From Azolla caroliniana (lineage: Eukaryota; Plantae; Polypodiophyta), in the NCBI GenBank assembly GCA_043228905.1, contig JBHGNT010000378.1, positions 1-30,248 of the forward strand: a stretch of 30,248 nt of DNA, in the 5' to 3' direction. The position numbers were made by a program, and so were the translations under genes. The notes under the pieces were generated by a model. The model made no database searches, was not told where the DNA came from, and saw only the letters and a program-made list of their open reading frames with translations. Positions 11,901-18,300 of the stretch are shown piece after piece (the stretch's first letter is position 1; every line of letters starts with the position of its first letter).

Positions 11901-12621
11901 GCAAATCAATTGGGCAATCATATGGTCGATGCTCTGGTAGTCTATTAGCCTTCACCTTATCGAACACATCGGAGAATTCTATGTACTTCTTTGGTAGTTG
12001 GACCCCCAATTCTTGTGAGCTAGATGAGGGAGTTGCTAAAACCGCAAATACCATCATGTCTTCCTTTCTTCCATCCTCTCGTAATTGATGTATAGAGATT
12101 GTTGAAATTGTGGGGGATCCTAGATCCTTAGTTGGAGCTTCAAGAGACTTGGATTGTACGGTGACCTCTTCAATAGTTCTTTTTCTCCAATCAATGGTTG
12201 GGTTATGTAACTCAAACCAAGGAAGACCAAGAACTAGAGAGTGCTCCGGACTACTAATGATGTTAAATGAGATGACACTAGCCAAATTACCTAGGACTAC
12301 ACGAATTGGTTCAGACTCTTCGACTATATCTCCTGATGCTATAGGGCGACCATCGATGACTCCTACAGCTACTGGGTTTGGGAGTTTTTTCAAGATGATG
12401 TTTTGAGTCAATGCAAACTCGCGATCCATGAAACAAGAATTGGCTCCGGAATCTAGGAAGGCAGAGGCTAGGGCGCGATGACCTGTAGATGTGCTAAGCT
12501 CGACTTGTGCAGAAAAAACTCTACTAACTTGATTTGATGAAATGGAACCACAACTAGGTACTGACTCTACATAACTAGGATGGTCCAACCAAATGGCTCC
12601 TATTTTGGCCGGACTTATTCG
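8983..12621 (-). CDS. pol: Pol polyprotein (aspartic protease, RT, RNase H, integrase, chromodomain); no ATG of its own, -1 frame relative to gag
   Basis: Motifs: FLDSGA (PR), YLDD (RT), EADASD...YEIHDKELLAI (RNase H), H-H-C-C finger HDTPMAGH...CDTC, DFITDLP/SDRG (IN), RFGPY, and EYEVAAILDSK..YYLVDWLGY...TWEP (chromodomain). The listed start at 12588 is TTG, and the frame stays open upstream through the gag stop. The stop codon lies inside the 3' LTR. Confidence 0.97.
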   Translation of the reverse strand, partial: RISPAKIGAIWLDHPSYVESVPSCGSISSNQVSRVFSAQVELSTSTGHRALASAFLDSGANSCFMDREFALTQNIILKKLPNPVAVGVIDGRPIASGDIVEESEPIRVVLGNLASVISFNIISSPEHSLVLGLPWFELHNPTIDWRKRTIEEVTVQSKSLEAPTKDLGSPTISTISIHQLREDGRKEDMMVFAVLATPSSSSQELGVQLPKKYIEFSDVFDKVKANRLPEHRPYDCPIDLQPGKEPPWGPIYNLSPTELEVLREYINENLANGFIQHSKSPAGAPIFFVKKKDGTLRMVVDYRGLNKVTVRNRYALPLISSLLERLSEAKYFTKLDLRGAYNLVRIRPGDEWKTAFRTRYGHFEYTVMPFGLTNAPAVFQHMANDIFRDFLDIFIIVYLDDILIYSKTQEEHDIHVRQVLQRLREYGLYAKLEKCSFDQRQVEFLGYIVSSNGISMDPSKVQTILDWQTPQSVRDVQCFLGFANFYRKFIKDYSKIVLPLTQLTHKNRSFVWSIDANSAFEGLKQAFTSAPILIHVDPMRRFILEADASDFALGSVLSQIGDDGELHPVAFHSRKFEAAEINYEIHDKELLAIVDSFQQWRHFLEGSSQQIIVYNDHKNLTYFQSARVLNRRQARWAQFLTRFDFVILYRPGMQQGKADALSRRSYMELQPGEAAFESQKQILLGPDRLRIMAMHTINTPGDSRLLDSIREQIATDAFAQEVLSHIIPNRASSSQTQNPRLDYTQFSWHDGLLFRQTLLYVPDGSSRLKVMQQCHDTPMAGHFGIHKTFELISRRYWWPRLRHFVTDYVRSCDTCCRSKKPRHHPYGLLQPMPIPESPWKSISLDFITDLPPSKGFDSILTVVDRFTKMAHFLPCTKTITSQETANLLMREVFRHHGLPDDIISDRGPQFISKFWRHMFRLLHTSCKLSSGYHPETNGQSERTNQTVEQYLRCFVNYQQDDWVDLLPLAEFAYNNSEHSSTGYSPFFANIGYHPRWTMLEHPELPKNPAAEDRLTRLQEVQDMLLHHLCEAQNTQKKIADRHRRDSSTTFQVGDRVWLLQGSIKTTRPCYKLDYQRFGPYVISGKINDVTFRLDLPPHMRLHPVFHVSLLEPYTTSSIPGRVTPPPPPIDVSNGSEYEVAAILDSKIIRNKLYYLVDWLGYTPNDRTWEPAEHLANASDMVVAFHNQYPHKPSLNSFLPTRATRHRKGGIMS
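8994..9005 (-). other. Polypurine tract (GAAAAGGGGGGA)
   Basis: Purine run on the minus strand ending 3 nt before the 3' LTR start TGTCATGA. Confidence 0.9.
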
Positions 12622-12627
12622 TTTAAC
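12544..12627 (-). promoter_or_regulatory. -1 programmed ribosomal frameshift signal: G_TTA_AAC, 6-nt spacer, predicted H-type pseudoknot
   Basis: Heptamer 12627-12621 is in the gag frame. Stem 1: GTCCGGCCAAA (12614-12604) with TTTGGTTGGAC (12593-12583). Stem 2: GGAGCCA (12600-12594) with TGGTTCC (12550-12544). Confidence 0.8.
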
Positions 12628-13742
12628 ACATCCTCTAATTGGCTCAAGACATCAAATCTATTCTCATGGCATGGGCTAGTAGGCTTAGTACTTAAGTTAT
12701 TAGAAGTGATAGTAGAACTTGATGTAGGGTTGTCATGTGCACTTACTTGGTAAACTTGACGCCTGGGTTTATGTGGACAATTCACAGCTATATGTCCTGG
12801 ACCACCACAGTAGAGGCATAGGCGATGCGCCCGACGTCGTTGTTTCTCAGCATCTGATAAGGGCCCTCGACGTTGTGTCGACTCTATTTCCATCGGAGTG
12901 GGACCATCCCTCGTAACGGGTCTAGAACCTTGTGGCGGTGTGGCGACTATAGAAGCGTATGTCTGTTCCGGTTGGCGGCGTAACATTTGTTGACGTTCAG
13001 AACGTCGCTCAAATAGGCGATTATCACATCGCACAGCTCGGCTAATAGCTTCAGTAAGAGACTTTGGATCTTCATGGAAAGTAAGAAGAAGATCTTTGAC
13101 ATCGTTACGCAAACCCTGACGGAATTGATCCATTAAGGCTGCCTCATCCCAAGGGATGTCGCATGCCAAGAGACGGAAATCTGCGGCATAAGCTGAAGCG
13201 GGACGATCTCCTTGTCGGAGTCTTCGAATCTTGTTTATTGCAGTCCTAGTGCTATCCGTATCTCCAAAACTAGCTTGAAACTCCTTAACGAATGCCTCGA
13301 AATCCTCCAGTAATGGTGATTTCTTCTCAAGAAGTGGTGCAAACCATGCTAACGCTGTACCGCTTAGCAAGGTTCCTATTAATCCCACACGGGCAGCATC
13401 AGTTGGATACCGATTGGGATGTAACTGAATCACCAAACGAACTTGATTCAGGAAACCTCGAAAGAGAGATCTGGTACCATCAAACTTGGCAGGGAGGCTA
13501 ATCTTTGGTTCCCTTGGGGAGTTTTGAACCCCCGCCGCTTGTTCTCGTAATGTTAATATAGTAGCCTCAAGTTGATGAACCCGTTGTGATAACTCCTCAT
13601 ATTGATGAGCTTTCTCAGTACTGACTTGTTGAAGATCCCCGAGTAGCCTTTGATTTTCTTGCTCTAATGCCACAAACTTAGTGGTGAGCATATCGAGCTC
13701 CGAAAGGACACGCATATACTCTTGCTTGCTGACCGACTCCAT
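12615..13742 (-). CDS. gag: Gag protein (N-terminal coiled coil, capsid, CCHC zinc knuckle), 375 aa
   Basis: ATG start; PAKFDG and LRQG..ASAYAADFR capsid motifs; PTPMEI; CLYCGGPGHIAVNC (CX2CX4HX4C). Confidence 0.96.
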   Translation of the reverse strand: MESVSKQEYMRVLSELDMLTTKFVALEQENQRLLGDLQQVSTEKAHQYEELSQRVHQLEATILTLREQAAGVQNSPREPKISLPAKFDGTRSLFRGFLNQVRLVIQLHPNRYPTDAARVGLIGTLLSGTALAWFAPLLEKKSPLLEDFEAFVKEFQASFGDTDSTRTAINKIRRLRQGDRPASAYAADFRLLACDIPWDEAALMDQFRQGLRNDVKDLLLTFHEDPKSLTEAISRAVRCDNRLFERRSERQQMLRRQPEQTYASIVATPPQGSRPVTRDGPTPMEIESTQRRGPLSDAEKQRRRAHRLCLYCGGPGHIAVNCPHKPRRQVYQVSAHDNPTSSSTITSNNLSTKPTSPCHENRFDVLSQLEDVLNE

Positions 13743-13814
13743 AACCGCGGGGGAAAAAGAAAGAAGGATAAAGAAGAAAGCTTGCTAGAGTTATTGGAGA
13801 AAGGGAAAAGAAAT

Positions 13815-13825
13815 ATTCGGTTCAA
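13815..13825 (-). other. Non-tRNA primer-binding site TTGAACCGAAT (self-priming type)
   Basis: Lies 2 nt inside the 5' LTR boundary and lacks the TGG complement of tRNA CCA. It is the exact reverse complement of LTR positions 14066-14056 on the same strand. Confidence 0.8.
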
Positions 13826-14065
13826 ACTGTCGTGATTCTTGAGTAGGAAGCAGAGAGAGAGAGCGATGGCGATAGAGATAACGATAACGATAGAGATGGC
13901 GAGAGCGGTAGAGATAGCGATAGTGATAGAAAGAGAGTGAAAGAGGGAGAGAGTGCGAGAGAGAGAAAAGTATAAGTGAGAGATAAGAAATGGGAATGCG
14001 ATTATATTATGAGAAAGAAGATTACAAGGAGTAGGCTAAGGGCTAAAGACTGGTGTTGAACCGAA

Positions 14066-14100
14066 TGAGTTGTGATGAGTGTATGGACTCTTATTTATAG
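14066..14100 (-). promoter_or_regulatory. LTR core promoter: TATA box CTATAAATAA (14100-14091) and predicted TSS at 14066 (TC|ATTC initiator-like)
   Basis: The first T of the TATA box (14099) is 33 nt upstream of a C|A step, followed by a long pyrimidine-rich leader. Confidence 0.7.
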
Positions 14101-14114
14101 GCCCTTATGGAGTA

Positions 14115-14215
14115 TTCTAGAATGTTCTAGAATATTTTAGATATTTATGAATAATAATAATAATAAATATAATCATGAAATATTCAAGAACATTCTAGAA
14201 TAATCTAGAATGTTC
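14115..14215. promoter_or_regulatory. Two heat-shock-element (alternating nGAAn/nTTCn) arrays in LTR U3
   Basis: TTCtaGAAtgTTCtaGAA at 14115-14132 (4 perfect units) and TTCaaGAAcaTTCtaGAAtaATCtaGAAtgTTC at 14183-14215 (7 in-phase units, one mismatch). Copies in the 3' LTR at 8729-8746 and 8797-8829. Confidence 0.8.
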
Positions 14216-14263
14216 TAAATATCTCGTAATAACTAAACATATAATTATTATGATTACATCTCA

Positions 14264-14334
14264 CATATGTTATTACAATGGTTAAAGTACAATATGTAAA
14301 CCAAGAGGTTATGGGTTCGATTCCTGGTTCGCCA
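14264..14334 (+). promoter_or_regulatory. tRNA-like Pol III A-box/B-box module inside the LTR (copy at 8878-8948)
   Basis: A-box-like TATTACAATGG (14271-14281) and consensus B-box GGTTCGATTCC (14314-14324) at tRNA spacing; the stems do not pair well. Confidence 0.6.
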
Positions 14335-14376
14335 AGATGAATGTCATGATAAGCCAAGATGTATGTCTTCATGACA

Positions 14377-14905
14377 CTCTGCTCTAATAATGTCATGCGA
14401 TACTGTCGATTTGCTTCGGAGTTGACGTGATAACATCATCACCAAAGGTCTCTCTAATTGCGTCCACATGAAGGATGGTAGACCTGGAGCCCATACTATT
14501 GATGCATACATGAGGGAAGGGGTCACTAATGAGTCAAAGAGCCATCCCTTAGTCCGTGGCTCTTGAAATTATGCCCGGTGGCATTGTCTCTCGAAGAGTG
14601 AGAGGGATGCATACCCTCTCGTTAGTCTATCTTTGGCTGCCTGGGTCATCGAGAATTTACCTAAGCGAGCACTAAAAGTGACTCCCAAGTATACATATGA
14701 TCCCACTACCTCAACTAGTTTATGAGAGAGGGTTAGGTGACATTTACTGATAACTCGGGACGATGTATGAAAGATAAGGACTTTAGTTTTCGTTAGATTC
14801 ACTACCAGTCCTTGTTGTGTACAAAAGTCATATAGGGCATTAAGTTGCTTTTGTAGGTCGTGTTCCGACTCTGAGAGCAAGATAATGTCGTCTATGTAGA
14901 GTAAG
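14377..14905 (-). mobile_element. RTE-X-like LINE, 5' retained part (RT C-terminal half), 5'-truncated at the YxDD motif
   Basis: Translates LLYIDDIILLSESEHDLQKQLNALYDFCTQQGLVVNLTKTKVLIF...YVYLGVTFS, with an in-frame stop at 14569. The frame continues across the TSD into 8436 and below (IIRAE|FCLPPMLVEALF). Confidence 0.85.
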
Positions 14906-15338
14906 AGAGAAAGAGAAGAAGAAGAAGAAGAAGAAGAAGAAGAAGAAGATCACTTTGACTTGACTAGACTAGACTAGACTAGACTCCGAGAGCAAGACAA
15001 TGTCGTCTGCGTAGAGTAAGAGAGAAAGAGAAGAAGAAGAAGAACACTTTGACTAGACTAGACTAGACTCTGGGTGGAAAGAGACAGAGGGAGAGAGAGA
15101 CAGGGGAGGGTGTTTACCATACTCGGATGATTGAAACAAACCCGAATGCGAATGCACGTATGACGTATGGTACGTATGGTTATACTATATATGTATGTGT
15201 GTGAGAGGGAGAGAGAAAGAGAAGAAGAAGAAGAAGAAGAACACTTGACTTGACTTGACTAGACTAGACTAGACTAGACTCTGGGTGGAAAGAGACAGAG
15301 ACAGAGAGAGACAGAGGGAGAGAGAGAGAGACAGGGGA
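14906..15338 (+). repeat. Three copies of a (GAA)n-CACTT(T)GACT-(AGACT)n-C module in the TYW 5' flank, with a ~40-bp duplicated LINE YADD fragment at ~14983-15025
   Basis: Modules at ~14906-14986, 15022-15107 and 15212-15338. The last two continue TGGGTGGAAAGAGACAGAG...GACAGGGGA. Confidence 0.8.
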
Positions 15339-15349
15339 AGAGAGGGGAG

Positions 15350-18300
15350 ATGGAGTTCGAAGCTCGCAAGCTCCATACCCTCAGAGCTCTTTCCTCACCT
15401 CTCCCTGACAAGTCTCGCAAGGGAGATGTCGACGCTCCCATCGCTGACCTTATCCATCGCATCAACAAACACCCTTCCTTCTTCACCACAAGTTCTTGCT
15501 CAGGTCGTATCTCCATCTCTACTTCCTCGCCTTCTTCTTCTTCTTTTGCGCTTTCTTCCGGGCCTGGGAAAGACGCAGATGATGATGTCGTCAGTAGCTC
15601 AGATCCGAAGCTTGAGAAAGTTATCCCAAATCAGAAGAAGAAGAAGAAGAAAGGAGGAGATTGGAGCTTTGTTTCTCACTATCAAGCTGATCCGGAGGAG
15701 GTGTTGCGAGCTTTGATGCAAAATTGTTGTAACTTTGAAGAGGAGAGAAATAAAGAACAGAATGGTGGTAAGGTTGAAAAGGAAAGGTATATTGACCAGC
15801 AGAAGTACACTGAAATGAATGGTGGTAAGGTTGGAGAGGAAAGTGAGGACCGACCGAAATGTGGTATGTATGAAGAGGTAATGGATGGTCAACAAAAATC
15901 TGGTAAAAATGAAGAAGACAGATATATTGAGCAGCAGAATTGTGGTAGCTTAATGGTGTTCAGGTTCGAGCCTTTCATTCTTGCGGCCGAATGTCGAGAC
16001 CTTGCCTCAGCTCAAGCTTTGGTCTCTTGTGCCATATTTTCAGGATTCCGAGAATCAGGTAACTGTTTATGTTTCATAAATAATCATAATCTAGGAGGCA
16101 TTGGGAATCTGGTAATTGTTCATGTTTCATAATATAATCTAAATCCCGGGGATTGTGAGTATCTGATAACTGTTTATCGTCTGTAAACTAGTCTAAGTCC
16201 AAGAATATGGTAACTGTTTAGGTTTGAGAGGCTCTTCTGGATTCCTACGATTCTTGTAGTAAATAATTTGTTATGCTCTTAAATTTTCAATCTCGAAGAT
16301 TCAAATAACTATTTATGTTCATTTAGTCCTAATCCCAGAGAATCAAGGACTAGCTGATGGCTAAAGCTAGTAATTGACAAAATTTTAATTTATTCTATAA
16401 AATGAGGTGAAGAATTACAATTAGAAACATGCTGACATGAGGAACTCCGCCTTATCATGCACAAACACAAGCTTTTATCAACCAAGTGACTGTGAAATTC
16501 CACAAAAGGATTAGCTTTGAGATTAACAAAAGTGTCCAGGTTATGCTGCACAGCTTTCTGAATTCAGACTTAAGATCTCTGCCTCAAGAGACCAAAACAC
16601 TGCCATTGCTCCCTGTTGCTAATTTCTTAGATTGATATATCTCTTCTTCTTTTTTCTCCTTCCCAATTATCTCCCCTTTAGTAGCTGGAGAAGTCCTTAT
16701 GTATAGCCCATAATTAATTGCTGTTTTTGTGTTTTATTTTGTAGCTTGAGAAACACCCACCCTTCTTTCATATCTTCCCAATTATCTCCCCTTTAGTAGC
16801 TGGAGAAGTCCTTATGTATAGCCCATAACTAATTGCTCTTTTGTGTTTTATTTTGTAGCTTGAGAAACACCCACTCTTCTTTCATATCTTCCTTAGTTTT
16901 CACATCCGTGAATAGACCCATACATGCAAACTTGGGCAAGAGCATTCTCACACACTCCTAAACATATTAACATGCACGCGTCATGAAAACCATTGCTAAC
17001 CGACGGGACAAATACTTGGGGTCCAAACCAATGGCCCAACACAGTATATACAAGTTCGTTTTACCCTATGGCACCAGAAAAAATACAAATCGATGTGACA
17101 CTAGTGAATAAGTTTGACTTTGGCCAGCAAGGTAATTGATTCAACATATGAGAAAGAGGAAATATGTAAAACAACATCCTCCAAGATTTCGAAGATTGAA
17201 TGCATTCTGTAGGAAATACTCATATGACAACACATACTCATACCTTATATATAATCGAGCTTAATATGTGTTGTGCATACGGTTAATAAGGTGCTAAACA
17301 TTTGCTCGTTGTTACTCACCTTTTGTGCTATTGTAAACACTTTTGGTTTTTTCCTCTCCCATTTCATTATCAATTGAATCTACTTAGTGAGGGTTTTCTA
17401 ACGTATTTGCTCTTTCTTAAAACTCTTGGAGGATTCCTGATTGTCATGGAAAGTGTCTTCTTTCTCATTTCACTGGTCAATCTTTTTATAGGCTTAACCT
17501 TGTGCGCACTTGTCTTAATCAGTAAATATGTATACCTTCATATAGACTTAGACTTAATCTTAATCTTGTGTTAATGGGTATGGAGTGACATGCATGTGAA
17601 AGAAAATGGGTAATGATTAATGTAATAATTTACGTGAGGAAGAACTCAGAGAATCTAATAAAATCAACCATACCAATTAGTGAGTGACTGATGATGTCTG
17701 GAACTGTCCACCTGTGTGCTCCAAATGTAGAGGTTAGATGACTATTGAGACATATATTGGAAGGACTGGCACCGTTGTGTCTTGTATACATCAGGGAGAT
17801 GTATTATGTAGAGTTGAGATTGTAACAGTTGCTCATCCATCAAATTGGACGCTGTCCATAATAAACAATTGGTTTGTTAGATTACTGTTGCCATGATACA
17901 TACCATCTGTGGGTGTTGCCCCATGCCCTGTCACCGCAAGGATGGGCCTCGGCATGGCTGGACCCACATTAGCCGTCTCATAACCATATGCTACCTGTTT
18001 ATGCTCATGTGTCCTAATCCTCAGAATGTAATCAATGTTTATGCTCATATAGTGTTAATCGACAATTGATTATCTAGATTTCATATGCTCTGTATTTATC
18101 TCAACTAGGATTGTTCATTAATTCCAGAATCTTGCTCCTCTCAGTCAAGTGTGGTGGCTTTTTCTTAATTTATGTGATTTAAAGCATACTTTTTACAAAT
18201 TCTTCTGTTCTTTTGATGGAGATATAAGCTTTTGTTTCTAAATCCTAAATGAGTAAAGCAAAGGGATACTTAACCTGATTAGTGATGGATTTTTAGGTAT

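Larger units (their letters stand above)
8442..14376 (-). mobile_element. Full-length intact Ty3/Gypsy chromovirus LTR retrotransposon (Tcn1/Tf1-sushi-like), 5935 bp
   Basis: Two 549-bp LTRs with TG...CA termini and TGTCGTGA/TCATGACA terminal inverted repeats. 5-bp TSD CTCTG at 8437-8441 and 14377-14381. Uninterrupted gag and PR-RT-RH-IN-chromodomain pol; PPT present. Confidence 0.98.
13828..14376 (-). repeat. 5' LTR (549 bp)
   Basis: Direct repeat of 8442-8990, upstream of gag on the minus strand. Confidence 0.97.

Noticed and set aside
12576-12602. Alternative pseudoknot stem TAGGA/TCCTA at the frameshift site
   Set aside because: It would leave only 2 nt to span an 11-bp stem 1, which is sterically implausible. 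The GGAGCCA/TGGTTCC pairing fits better.
15274-15895. ORFs 15285-15716 (+), 15274-15516 (-) and 15599-15895 (-)
   Set aside because: They overlap TYW exon 1 in other frames and derive from GA/CT low-complexity sequence.
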